From positions 32,001 to 96,000 of the forward strand of contig CAVXJS010000009.1 in assembly GCA_963762145.1 (NCBI GenBank): a DNA stretch of 64,000 bases, written 5' to 3'. Below the pieces are notes generated by a model, which had not been told where the DNA came from, did not search any database, and was given only the letters and a program-made list of their open reading frames with translations. Of the stretch, positions 19,644 through 29,148 are shown in pieces. The stretch comes from an uncultured Candidatus Rokubacteria bacterium. Its GTDB lineage: Bacteria; Methylomirabilota; Methylomirabilia; Rokubacteriales; CSP1-6. Numbering within the stretch: position 1 is the stretch's first letter; each line of letters starts with the position of its first letter. The position numbers were made by a program, and so were the translations under genes.

Positions 19644-20369
19644 CTAATTCTTCAGCAGCTCCATTGCCGCCTTGGCCTTGTCGGCCGCCTCGGACGACTT
19701 CCCGGCCTTGCACGCCGCCTCGGCCTCACTCACGAGCGTCGAGGCCTTCTGGAAGTCGGCCGAGCGGGGCGACTGGATGTCCTGGCTGCGCGGCGACTGG
19801 ATGTCCTGGCCGCGCGGGGACTGGATGTCCTGGCTCCGCGGGGACTGGATGTCCTGACTCCGGGGCGACTGGATGTCCTGGCTGCGCGGCGACTGGATGT
19901 CCTGGCCCCGCGGCGACTGGATGTCCTGGCCCCGCGGCGACTGGATGTCCTGGCCCCGCGGCGACTGAATGTCCTGGCCCCGCGGCGACTGGATGTCCTG
20001 GCCCCGCGGCGACTGGATGTCCTGGCCCCGCGGCGACTGGATGTCCTGGCCCCGCGGCGACTGGATGTCCTGGCCCCGCGGCGACTGGATGTCCTGGCCC
20101 CGCGGCGACTGGATGTCCTGGCCCCGCGGGGACTGGATGTCCTGACTCCGGGGCGACTGGATGTCCTGGCTGCGCGGCGACTGGATGTCCTGGGAACGCG
20201 CACCAGCCAGCGAGCGAGGTGCCTGAGCATCCTGACCCTTGGTGCTCTGCGTCAACATGGCCTTCGCTGACGCCACCTCGGCCGGGCAGGACGTCTGCGC
20301 CATCCCCATCGTGGCCGACAGCGAAATCATCGCGACGATACTCAACGTCGTTGTAAGTGCCTTCTTCAT
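19644..20369 (-). CDS. Secreted protein with 18 x (S/G)QDIQSPR repeats
   Basis: AAGGA RBS, Sec signal ending MGMA, two Cys flanking the repeat tract. Confidence 0.85.
   Translation of the reverse strand: MKKALTTTLSIVAMISLSATMGMAQTSCPAEVASAKAMLTQSTKGQDAQAPRSLAGARSQDIQSPRSQDIQSPRSQDIQSPRGQDIQSPRGQDIQSPRGQDIQSPRGQDIQSPRGQDIQSPRGQDIQSPRGQDIQSPRGQDIQSPRGQDIQSPRGQDIQSPRSQDIQSPRSQDIQSPRSQDIQSPRGQDIQSPRSQDIQSPRSADFQKASTLVSEAEAACKAGKSSEAADKAKAAMELLKN
19764..20195 (-). repeat. 24-bp coding tandem repeat, 18 copies
   Basis: Plus-strand unit GACTGGATGTCCTGGCCCCGCGGC with synonymous and Ser/Gly variants. Confidence 0.97.
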
Positions 20370-20455
20370 GGCGCCGTCCTTTCTAAGTGCCTTTTTGACT
20401 GGGTTCTGTTCCAACCCGATCCTCGCCATTTAGATGCAGATAAGATGTCGAGGAT

Positions 20456-20470
20456 GCAGATGAAATGCCA
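20456..20470 (-). promoter_or_regulatory. sigma54 -24/-12-like promoter
   Basis: TGGCAT-TTCAT-CTGC upstream of the repeat-protein gene. Confidence 0.5.
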
Positions 20471-20489
20471 CAAAGTCCACAGCTCCCGG

Positions 20490-20765
20490 CTATTGGCGCG
20501 CTTCGGATGTCCAGCCGCTCGCTTCCATGCACCGTTGATACAGCTCGGCTTGTCGCTTGGTATCGGTGTGGGCGTCGACGGTCATGGGGCTTCCATTGAC
20601 GCCCCACGACATGCCCCACGCCATCCGAGGCTCCTGCACACAGGCAGAGCTGTCCCGCCTGAACTCGGTCACGTCCGAGCCAGCCTTGCTGTAGCTACGG
20701 ATGGGTCCTGTGCAGCCAACGAGCAGCACCCACACCGAGAAGACCAGGGCCGCGAGTCGTGTCAT
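20490..20765 (-). CDS. Small lipoprotein
   Basis: GAGGAGG RBS, lipobox LVGC, FRRDSSAC...YQRCMEASGW. Confidence 0.75.
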   Translation of the reverse strand: MTRLAALVFSVWVLLVGCTGPIRSYSKAGSDVTEFRRDSSACVQEPRMAWGMSWGVNGSPMTVDAHTDTKRQAELYQRCMEASGWTSEARQ

Positions 20766-20902
20766 GGCTCAATTCCTCCTCGGGATGATCCTCTAGCAGC
20801 ACGTGATAGGGACGATATAGGACCTTGGCTCTATCCACGTTCGGCTTTGGGTTCGCCCGTCGCCAGAACCACGGACCGGTAGCCGCCCTACTCCGCCTCG
20901 AC

Positions 20903-20917
20903 CGGCACGGTCTTTGC
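20903..20917 (+). promoter_or_regulatory. sigma54 -24/-12-like promoter
   Basis: CGGCAC-GGTCT-TTGC upstream of the YqjF-like gene. Confidence 0.55.
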
Positions 20918-20996
20918 GCTTTGGCGGGAGCAAGGAGGGTCGGCTCGTGACGTCCGAGGGGAATCGTTACCGGGTCGCGGTTACCGCGAGGAAAGC

Positions 20997-21755
20997 ATGC
21001 GGCCCGCGTCGGAAGTGACGCAGGATCCTGGGCCAGCGTCTGGTCGGCGACGGTTTATCCCGGATTGCCCGGCGCCTATCCGCCTGCCGGTGATGCTCCA
21101 GAACTGGTACCGCTTATCGTTTCTGCACTGGTCTTGCGACCCCGCGCTGCTTCAGGCGCGCCTCCCGGTCGGCCTGGAGATAGATACCTTCGACGAGACG
21201 GGCTGGGTTGGCCTCACGCCGTTCCATCTCATGGGCCTGCGTCCGCCATTTCTCCCGTCAATTTCGTGTGTCTCCGACTTCCCTGAGATGAACCTACGCA
21301 CCTACGTGCGGGGACCATCGGGCCCCGGTATCTGGTTCTTTTCGCTCGATGCCGCGGCCGCCACGGCGGTGCTGGGAGCGCGCCTCACCTATGGCTTGCC
21401 GTATCACTGGTCGAGAATGACGGTCCGTGCAACAGCGAGAAGCCGGATACATTACACGAGCGCCAGGGCCGGAGCCGCGGCGGACATCACGGTTGAGGTC
21501 GGTGAAGCCCTCGCACGGCCGGACGACCTCACGCTGTTCCTGACCGAGCGCTACCGGCTCTATACCCGCTTCCGGCGCCGTCTCGCCATGGCACAGGTCG
21601 AACATGAGCCGTGGCCCTTGCATCGCGCCGCCCTCGTCGGCTTCCAGGAGACGGTACGCCAGGCGGCGAACCTCCCGGACGGCGCCGCGCCCGCGCTCGT
21701 TCACTATTCCCCAGGCGTTCACGTGCGCATTGGTGCGCTGCGTTTCGTGAAGTGA
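20997..21755 (+). CDS. YqjF/DUF2071 family protein
   Basis: MLQNWYRLSFLHW, FPEMNLRTYV, GIWFFSLDA, FLTERY, VEHEPWPL. Confidence 0.88.
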   Translation: MRPASEVTQDPGPASGRRRFIPDCPAPIRLPVMLQNWYRLSFLHWSCDPALLQARLPVGLEIDTFDETGWVGLTPFHLMGLRPPFLPSISCVSDFPEMNLRTYVRGPSGPGIWFFSLDAAAATAVLGARLTYGLPYHWSRMTVRATARSRIHYTSARAGAAADITVEVGEALARPDDLTLFLTERYRLYTRFRRRLAMAQVEHEPWPLHRAALVGFQETVRQAANLPDGAAPALVHYSPGVHVRIGALRFVK

Positions 21756-21891
21756 GCTGACAACAGGCAGATCGGATGAGTGGCAACCGTCAGGACCGCA
21801 GGCGCGACATTCTGGCCGGTAAAACCGTGTGGGTCGGGCGTTTCCCGCCGCCCGTGTTGAGGGAAACGTCCAATTTCTATTCACCCGGCGG

Positions 21892-21906
21892 AGGCATTCC
21901 TTTTGC
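21892..21906 (+). promoter_or_regulatory. sigma54 -24/-12-like promoter
   Basis: AGGCAT-TCCTT-TTGC upstream of the hemerythrin gene. Confidence 0.5.
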
Positions 21907-21980
21907 TAACGAAGCCGTGCGCCCACCACAGGGCTGACCGTTCACCCATAGCCGGCACGCAGCCGAAAAAAGAGGAGGCC

Positions 21981-22472
21981 ATGATGGCCACGCAGAAGAC
22001 CGGGAGCCGCGACCAGGACGCCATCGCCCTGCTCAAGCAGGATCACAAAACGATGCGGGAATTGCTCTCAAAGCTCGAGGAGGCCGAGGGCTCGGAGCGG
22101 CAGAGCACGCTCACCGCGATCGAGCACGAGCTGAAGGTCCATACCAAAATAGAGGAGGATATCTTCTACCCGGCGTTCCATGAGGCCGCCGAAAAGGAAG
22201 AGGACAAGGATCTGTACTTCGAGGCGCTGGAGGAGCATCACGTGGTCGACCTGGTGCTCCCAGAGATCAAGGAGACGGAGCCGGACGCCGATGAGTTCAA
22301 GGCCAAGGCCAAGGTGCTCAAGGATCTGGTCGAGCATCATGCGGAAGAAGAAGAGACGGAGATGTTCCCGCGGGCGAGGAAGCTGATGGATCGCGCCCAG
22401 CTCATGGAGCTCGGCCAGCAGCTCGCGGACGCCAAAGCATCCCTCAACGAAGGAGCGAAGGCACGCCGGTAG
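21981..22472 (+). CDS. Hemerythrin-domain protein
   Basis: DAIALLKQDH, HTKIEEDIFYP, EEHH, HHAEEEETEMFP. GAGGAGG RBS. Confidence 0.92.
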   Translation: MMATQKTGSRDQDAIALLKQDHKTMRELLSKLEEAEGSERQSTLTAIEHELKVHTKIEEDIFYPAFHEAAEKEEDKDLYFEALEEHHVVDLVLPEIKETEPDADEFKAKAKVLKDLVEHHAEEEETEMFPRARKLMDRAQLMELGQQLADAKASLNEGAKARR

Positions 22473-22479
22473 ATCGAAA

Positions 22480-22512
22480 GGAAAGCCGTCGGCCACGGGT
22501 CGACGGCTTTCC
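22480..22512 (+). terminator. Intrinsic terminator hairpin
   Basis: GGAAAGCCGTCG...CGACGGCTTTCC. Confidence 0.7.
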
Positions 22513-22786
22513 CTGGCGTGATTCGCCGGAGCCCAGAATGATCGATCGTCCGCCGGCTGGCCGGCAAGGCCTTCCGGGACTGAGAGGCGACTCCCAGGTT
22601 CTGGTTAACGTGATGGCAGATCGCCAACCTGGAGGAGCAGCAGCTTCATGCGTGGTCGGCGAGCGAGCGAATCGCGGGTGCCGTCACAGACGCGGGAGGC
22701 TGACCGCCGCGCGCATCTCGATCTCCAGGTGAATCTGCTCGCCGAGCAGGGGACGGCCGCCGTCACTCCCCCTCGCCCCGGGGGGA

Positions 22787-23068
22787 TCACCCCGTCGTAG
22801 CCGATCGGCGCCTCAGTTTGACCCTGCGCTTGTCTGTTTCGGCCCGCCACGCATGATGGCAGCCTGCGTGGGCGGACACTGATCTATCAGGAGCACGGAC
22901 GTCGTATTGGATCTGATTGGCGTGAATTTTGACCTGGCAGACGATGCAGGGCTTGCCAACCCCGCCGCCGACCCATACGGGACCGCCTTCTAGAATCCAC
23001 AGCCGACCGTTCGCCAAGCCAGTAAGCACCATCTCTAGAATGGATCGCCCTTCACCCGGTAGATCCAT
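22787..23068 (-). CDS. Zinc-finger microprotein (copy 5)
   Basis: GLANGRL...WVGGGVGKPCIVC-x22-HAGCHHAW. Confidence 0.75.
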   Translation of the reverse strand: MDLPGEGRSILEMVLTGLANGRLWILEGGPVWVGGGVGKPCIVCQVKIHANQIQYDVRAPDRSVSAHAGCHHAWRAETDKRRVKLRRRSATTG

Positions 23069-23224
23069 GGATCAGGATGACAACCGACAGACGGGTACCG
23101 TCCGCGTGCGTGAGGCGGGAATGGACACAGAGTCTCCCTCCGAGGAAGCCCTTCTGCCTTCTCCTCAGAGGGCGAGCAGGAGTGTAAGACGTTCAGACGG
23201 CAGGAGCAAGTGCGAACGAACTGC

Positions 23225-24127
23225 CTATCGCAGGATGTCAGCGGTGGAAGTGAGCAAGACGCAGGTGCAGCCGGTCTCGCTCCAGACGCGCCGATCCGTG
23301 CTCCCCGCGTCGGCCCGATGGTAGTCGCCCGGATGCACCTTCTTGTCGTCGATCCAGAGCTCCCCATCCAGCAGGTGAAGCTCTTCGAGGCCGGCGTGGG
23401 TGTGCGGCGGGTAGACGGCGCCCGGCGCCAGCCGGACCAACATGCTGACGCGCTCCCGCTCATGGTCCCGCGCCAGCAGCATGTACGAGATTCCCGGCCC
23501 CGCCTCCTGCCAGTCGGGTGAGGCAGCCGGTTCAGGCATGAACGTGGCCGAGCCTCGCTCGCCGACGATCCGCTGAACCAGGCGCCCCCACCGCGCTGGC
23601 GTCGGAGGCGGCAGTTGATCCATGGGTCCGTTGACCCATGCTTCAATCGGCCGTCGGCTCGGCCGCTCGGTCCGCATCAGATCGATTGCCCGCGCCCGAG
23701 CCTGATTCAGGACCCAGCCGATGACCGATGCCTTCTCGGGATCGTACGTCCACGCCCGCCGCCAGACGTCATAGAAGACCTCTACCGTCAGCTCGTCGGC
23801 CATTTCCCGCTCATGGGTAATCCGCAACATGAGCGTGAAGACGATCCGATGCATCCTCTCGTAGAGGGTGGTCAAGGCCTCCACGTTCCCTGCCGCCATC
23901 GCCCGCACGAGAGCGCCCCATTCGCGCTCCGGAGCAGGCGGCGGGATGGGCTTGCCAAAGAGCAAGTCGCTGAGGGTCGTGTTGCGCGGGAACTCTACGT
24001 CGAATAGCTTCCGGCAGGACTCGCACCAGCGGGTTACCCGTCGTCCAGCGTAGATCGTCGCAAACGATTCCGGGAGCGAGTTCTGGGCGCCGCAGTGGGT
24101 GCAGGAGACGTATCGCCCGTCCATCAT
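23225..24127 (-). CDS. Zn-ribbon + ECF sigma region 2 + ChrR-like cupin fusion (no sigma region 4)
   Basis: CTHC...CESC; ALTTLYER...VFYDVWRRAWTYDP...ARAIDLMR; LVRLAPGAVYPPHTHAGLEELHLLDGEL. Confidence 0.8.
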   Translation of the reverse strand: MMDGRYVSCTHCGAQNSLPESFATIYAGRRVTRWCESCRKLFDVEFPRNTTLSDLLFGKPIPPPAPEREWGALVRAMAAGNVEALTTLYERMHRIVFTLMLRITHEREMADELTVEVFYDVWRRAWTYDPEKASVIGWVLNQARARAIDLMRTERPSRRPIEAWVNGPMDQLPPPTPARWGRLVQRIVGERGSATFMPEPAASPDWQEAGPGISYMLLARDHERERVSMLVRLAPGAVYPPHTHAGLEELHLLDGELWIDDKKVHPGDYHRADAGSTDRRVWSETGCTCVLLTSTADILR

Positions 24128-24193
24128 CGAATTGTGGACCCAGCCCCCCGGGTTTGTCTAGGTTCGCCTCCCATGGTGTAGGTCCATTGCGGC

Positions 24194-26119
24194 TCAGCGC
24201 ACGGGCAGCGTGAAGGTGAAGGTGGACCCCTGGCCTAACTCGCTCTCGACCCACATCCGGCCGTCGTGCAGCTCCACGAACTTCTTCGCCAGGGTTAACC
24301 CAAGCCCGGTGCCTTCCAACTTCCGCGCATCATCGGTCCCCACCTGGCGGAACTCCTCGAAGATGGCCGCCTGGTCCTCAGGAGCGATCCCGATGCCGGT
24401 GTCGGAGACGGCGATCTCGACCGCGCCGTCCGTGAGCCCGGCCTTGAGGCTGATCCGGCCTCCCTCGGGGGTGAACTTGACCGCATTCGAGAGGAGGTTG
24501 AGCAGGACCTGCTTGACCTTGCGCTCGTCCCCCACGAGCTCCCCCAGTCGCGGGTCCAGATCGAGCGCCAGGGTGATGCCGTGGCGGGCGGCACGCTCCT
24601 TGACCAGGGTGACGGCATTCTCCAGCGCGGTTGGCAGGTGGAATGGGACCGGGGCCAGCTCCATGCGCCCGGCCTCGATCTTGGAGAGATCGAGGATGTC
24701 ATTGATGAGGGACAGGAGATGCTGTCCCGAGGCGTAGACGTCCTTGAGGTACTCGTCCTGCTTGGCGTTGAGCTCGCCGAACATGCGCTGGAGCAGCACC
24801 TCGGAGAACCCGATGATCGCGTTCAGCGGCGTGCGCAGCTCGTGGGACATGTTGGCGAGGAACTCCGACTTGTGACGGCTGGCCGCTTCCAGCTGCCGGC
24901 TCTTGTCCGCAATCTCGTGGAACAGTCGGGCGTTCTGGATGGCCAGAACCGACTGCGTCGCGAAGGTGCGCAGCAGCTCGATGGTCTCGGGGGGGAAGTC
25001 GCCGGGGCGATTGCGCGTGACGCCGAGACAGCCGATCAGCCGGCCCTCCCGCACCATCGGCACCGCGAGGATGGCCCGGATGCCGGACTCGATGAGGTTG
25101 TCCCGCAAGCGACTCTCGTAGGCGCCCGGCACCGCAATGTCGGAGACCTGCACCGGCTCGAGGGTGAGGGCGGTCCGCCCGAGCACGCCCTCTCCCTTAC
25201 GGAACCGCGTGCCGCGGCGAGCCCGGGCGAGCGCACCGCCGGTCTCGGCGGCCGCCCGCTGGGTGAACTCCTCGGCGACCTCGTCGTACTCGAACACCAC
25301 GCCCCCGTCCATCCCCGAGATCTGCACCGCGCGCGCCACGATCGTCGTCAGCACCGTCTCGAGATCGAGCGTGGAGCTGACCGCGCGGCCGACCTCGCCC
25401 AGGGCGGTCAGCTGCTCCACCGAGCGCGTGAGCGCGCCGGTCCGCGCCTCGAGCTCGGTGAAGAGGCGCACGTTCTCGATCGCGATCACCGCCTGGTCGG
25501 CAAAGGTCTGAAGCAGCTCGATCTGCCTCTGCGAGAACACTCCAGCCTCGGCCCCCGTGACCACGACCGCCCCGATCGGCGTGCTGTCCAGCAACATCGG
25601 CACTGCGAGGACGCTCAAGTAGTCGGCAGCCTTCGCAAGGGCCTCGAGCCTGTACTCGGGATCCTCGCGGATATCCGGGATGTAGACGATGCTCCGGCTC
25701 AGAATCGCGCGGGCGGTACCTCCACCCTGGCTCGGAGGCATCGGGTAGCTCTGCCGAACGACCTCGACGGCTCCGGGCCTTAGACTGTGGGCCGCCGCGA
25801 TATGGATGAGCTGACCGTCGAACCTGTAGACCCAACCGGTCGTTGCCCGGCACAGGTCCATCGCCTTGACCGCGATGGCATCGAAGACCGGCTGGACATC
25901 GGTCTGGAAGCGGCTGATGACCCGAAGGACTTCGCTGGTCGCCGTCTGCTGCTCCAGGGCTTCCACCTCGCGCTTCTGCGCCTCCGCCTCACGCTTCTGT
26001 GCTTCCGCGAGGCGCTTCTCAAGGTCGTGAACCCTGGAGCGGCTGCGTGTCCGTGCCCCGCGGACGACCGGGCGCTTGCCTTCGCCCTTCGCCTTTCCAG
26101 GCTTTGCACCCCGACCCAT
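24194..26119 (-). CDS. GAF-GAF sensor histidine kinase
   Basis: LEQQTATSEVLRVIS, TFADQAVIAIEN, SHELRTPLNAI, NAVKFT, GTGLGL. Confidence 0.95.
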   Translation of the reverse strand: MGRGAKPGKAKGEGKRPVVRGARTRSRSRVHDLEKRLAEAQKREAEAQKREVEALEQQTATSEVLRVISRFQTDVQPVFDAIAVKAMDLCRATTGWVYRFDGQLIHIAAAHSLRPGAVEVVRQSYPMPPSQGGGTARAILSRSIVYIPDIREDPEYRLEALAKAADYLSVLAVPMLLDSTPIGAVVVTGAEAGVFSQRQIELLQTFADQAVIAIENVRLFTELEARTGALTRSVEQLTALGEVGRAVSSTLDLETVLTTIVARAVQISGMDGGVVFEYDEVAEEFTQRAAAETGGALARARRGTRFRKGEGVLGRTALTLEPVQVSDIAVPGAYESRLRDNLIESGIRAILAVPMVREGRLIGCLGVTRNRPGDFPPETIELLRTFATQSVLAIQNARLFHEIADKSRQLEAASRHKSEFLANMSHELRTPLNAIIGFSEVLLQRMFGELNAKQDEYLKDVYASGQHLLSLINDILDLSKIEAGRMELAPVPFHLPTALENAVTLVKERAARHGITLALDLDPRLGELVGDERKVKQVLLNLLSNAVKFTPEGGRISLKAGLTDGAVEIAVSDTGIGIAPEDQAAIFEEFRQVGTDDARKLEGTGLGLTLAKKFVELHDGRMWVESELGQGSTFTFTLPVR

Positions 26120-26222
26120 CGGCCTCTCCTTGCCCCCTATTCCTGCAGCTTCCTCAGCGCCTTCTCGAGGAGCATGCGGAGCCTACCACGGGGATTGACG
26201 ACGGCGTGCGCACGCTTTCCAA

Positions 26223-26852
26223 CTAACCGGCCTTCGCCACACCGTCGAAGAACTCCACGATCCCGGTCTCCAGTGAATACTCGGCGCCCACGACGAGGAG
26301 CCCATCTCTCTCGATCAACTGATCGAGAACCTCCGACCCGTATCGCAGCTGGCTTGCAGAGATGCGGACGTTCGCCCGAACGGCATGCCGAACCAGAGCT
26401 TCCGGGTCGTGCCTGAGCTCTGTCGACAGCAGCCCTTCCACGGAAGGTCTAACACGGTCGACGATCGAACGCAGATTCCGCGATTGGTTGTTCGTCGGCC
26501 GCTGAAGGTCTTCCAGCGTTGCCAGAACAGCTCCGCACTGGGAATGCCCCAGAACCACCACCAGCCGTGTGCCGAATCGCTCTGCGGCGAACTCGACACT
26601 CCCGATCTGAGAAGAAGCGACGATGTTTCCGGCAACGCGGATGACAAACAGGTCGCCCAGGCCTTGGTCAAAGACGATCTCTGCCGGCACTCGTGAGTCG
26701 GAACATCCGAGAATAATGGCGAACGGCTCCTGACCTGCCGCCAACTTGCTGAGGCTCGTCCCACTCGTGAGGGTCTCGCCGCTCCGAGCGCCAGACACGA
26801 AGCGACGGTTCCCCTCTCGAAGTCGTTCGAGTGCTTCTCGCGCGGAGATCAT
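26223..26852 (-). CDS. Beta-class carbonic anhydrase
   Basis: GCSDSRVP, RVAGN, GHSQCGAV. Confidence 0.95.
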   Translation of the reverse strand: MISAREALERLREGNRRFVSGARSGETLTSGTSLSKLAAGQEPFAIILGCSDSRVPAEIVFDQGLGDLFVIRVAGNIVASSQIGSVEFAAERFGTRLVVVLGHSQCGAVLATLEDLQRPTNNQSRNLRSIVDRVRPSVEGLLSTELRHDPEALVRHAVRANVRISASQLRYGSEVLDQLIERDGLLVVGAEYSLETGIVEFFDGVAKAG

Positions 26853-27066
26853 CGACCCTTAGTCTCGTCCAGCCAGCTAGAAATATCCAGGTCCGGATGA
26901 TCCGTCCCAACGCGGACCTGGTGCGGATGATCCGGCTGGGTCGGCCGGGACGCTAGGGCTGGAGCGGCCTTCAGGGATGCGGGGCCAAGGAGAGGGCAGC
27001 CCTCTCAAGTCCAATCAGCGAAGGACCATGCCAATTTACGTATCGCCGAGATGCAGAGAAGACCCG

Positions 27067-27354
27067 CTACTCCCCGGGACCGCTCTTTGGGAGTCTTGCG
27101 GTGGCGGCATCTCGACCGGGTGCACAGCGCTCCGCGTCCCACAGGTGCAGGCACCCCACATGAAACTGAATGCCCTTACCGCCCGTCGTGCTGACACCTT
27201 CCATGACGAACTGCGTCTTGGTGATGATTTCCTCGCAGGCGTCACACGTCTCGCCGTTGCCAGCACCACCCCAGAGGCGCGGGATACTGTTCTGCGGCAA
27301 ACGACCGTCAGCGAGCTTGTCGCGAATGAGGCGACGAAGGGTTTCCTGCTCCAT
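27067..27354 (-). CDS. Zinc-finger microprotein (copy 6)
   Basis: LRRLIRDKLADGRLP...WGGAGNGETCDAC-x24-HVGCLHLW. AAGGAGGA RBS. Confidence 0.85.
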   Translation of the reverse strand: MEQETLRRLIRDKLADGRLPQNSIPRLWGGAGNGETCDACEEIITKTQFVMEGVSTTGGKGIQFHVGCLHLWDAERCAPGRDAATARLPKSGPGE

Positions 27355-27611
27355 GGGCGGGTCCTCCTTTGATGTGGCGTGTCGGAGGGTGCCAGACTCA
27401 CCAGGGTCTCAGCGCCCTCTAGAGGCGCCAACCCGAAAGGCCACGGTGCAGGCAGGTGGATCGTACGGTATGACCCGCGCGACGCCAATTGGACTTTAGG
27501 CCCATGGGCGTACGGCGGCCGAGGGTCGGACGGTTAGGCCGCTAAGAGGCCCACTTCGCGGTCTCCCGTCGGCCCTGCTCGCGCACTACGAACGCGCTAT
27601 CTATCTGGTGA

Positions 27612-28064
27612 TCAACGGGCGCCACACTGGAACGTCGCAGTCCTGGTCCCGTCCGAGTTGGCCGCCATGCTAGAGGCCATCGGCTGCGAGCCGTACCTCT
27701 GGCAATACGCGCTGGCAGTCTGTGACGCTTGCACCAGCTCCTGGTCCGTCCGGTACGTATAGCTCAGGTTGGGATTGACCGGCGCTGGCGCAGGGGCCGA
27801 GGTCCGCACGCACTCGAAGACCGCGGTCTTGCTGCCGTCCGCGTTAGTCGTGAGGGTCGCAGTTCGCGGGGCACTTTGATACTGACCGCAATGCGTCGCC
27901 GCATTCTGGCTCGCTCGCAGCAGTTCCTGATCGGTTCGATAGTTATAGGTGACGCTTGGGTTGCTCGCTTGTACCGGCTGCTGCGACGAGGGCATGTGGG
28001 TGCAGGCGGCAACTGTCCCCGCCGCCAGCAAGGCAATGCTCAATCTCCATAAGGTCGTAGTCAT
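27612..28064 (-). CDS. Lipoprotein with a duplicated ~55-aa Cys-containing domain
   Basis: Lipobox VAAC. NPSVTYNYRTDQEL...HC...FEC and NPNLSYTYRTDQEL...YC...FQC. Confidence 0.85.
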   Translation of the reverse strand: MTTTLWRLSIALLAAGTVAACTHMPSSQQPVQASNPSVTYNYRTDQELLRASQNAATHCGQYQSAPRTATLTTNADGSKTAVFECVRTSAPAPAPVNPNLSYTYRTDQELVQASQTASAYCQRYGSQPMASSMAANSDGTRTATFQCGAR

Positions 28065-28235
28065 TTGGTTGGCCTCCCTGGGCTGCTTGATATGACTCCG
28101 ATGCTAGCGCGTCACGTAGGGCTCGCGTATTGGACCTAGGTCCAGTGGCCGCTAAAGGGTGACCGCAGCAGGCCCCCAGGGACCAACGGTCGCGCGACGA
28201 GGCTGGTAGAATCCCGGAATGCTCGCCTGGTCGTC

Positions 28236-29138
28236 ATGAATGCGCTGACCCCGACGGTCCTCGATACCGATCCCGGCATCGACGATGCCCTGGCGTTGCT
28301 GCTCGCCTGGGGCTCGCCCGAGCTCGACGTCCTGGCGCTGACGGTGGTCGCGGGCAACGTGGCGCTCGCCGACACGGCGCGCAACGCCGCCCGCCTGGTC
28401 GCGATGCGCCGGCCGGCTCGCCTGCCCCAGATCGCTCTGGGCGCCGCGGCCCCGCTGCGCAGGGCGTTGGTGACCGGCACCGAGCATGGCGCCGACGGCC
28501 TCGGCGATGCGGCGGACTGGCCGCCCGTGGCCAGCCTGCCTGCCTCGCCGTCGGCGGCCGAGACGCTCGTAGCCCTGGCCAGGGCCCACACCGAGCGCTT
28601 GACGATCATCGCGCTGGGCCCGCTGACAAACCTGGCGCTCGCTCTCCGCCTCGATGCCGATGCTCTGCGGAGGACCGGCCGGGTGGTCTGGATGGGCGGC
28701 GCGGTGGACGTGCGTGGCAATGCCACCCCGGACGCCGAATTCAATGCCTTTGCCGATCCGGACGCCACGCGGGAGGTCTTCGACGCCGGCCTGCGGGTCG
28801 ACCTCGTGCCGCTGGACGCCACGCGCCAGACCATGATCAACCGGGACCAGCTCCACGCCGCGCTGGCCGGCCGCCCCGGCCCGCTCGCCGCCCGCATCGC
28901 GGCGTTCACGGAGCAAACGTTCCGTATCTGGGGTTACATGCACCTGCACGACCCGTTGGCGGTGGGTCTTGCCGTCGACGCGAGCCTGGCGCGATGGCAG
29001 CCGGCGCGGATCACCGTGGGCGAGGACGGCGAGACCCGGCGCGCGGACGGCGCTCCGAACTGCCGCGTGGCACAGGTCGTTGACGCGGAACGCTTCCTCC
29101 AGCTGTTTCTCGACCGGCTCTGCCCCGCATCCTCCTAG
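28236..29138 (+). CDS. Inosine/uridine-preferring nucleoside hydrolase
   Basis: LDTDPGIDDA, HGADGLG, GPLTNLA, AEFNAFADP, LHDP. Confidence 0.95.
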   Translation: MNALTPTVLDTDPGIDDALALLLAWGSPELDVLALTVVAGNVALADTARNAARLVAMRRPARLPQIALGAAAPLRRALVTGTEHGADGLGDAADWPPVASLPASPSAAETLVALARAHTERLTIIALGPLTNLALALRLDADALRRTGRVVWMGGAVDVRGNATPDAEFNAFADPDATREVFDAGLRVDLVPLDATRQTMINRDQLHAALAGRPGPLAARIAAFTEQTFRIWGYMHLHDPLAVGLAVDASLARWQPARITVGEDGETRRADGAPNCRVAQVVDAERFLQLFLDRLCPASS

Positions 29139-29148
29139 TCGGCTCCGC

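Noticed and set aside
19764-20195. Possible CRISPR array
   Set aside because: Contiguous 24-bp units with no spacers, in frame within a CDS with synonymous variation, and no cas genes.
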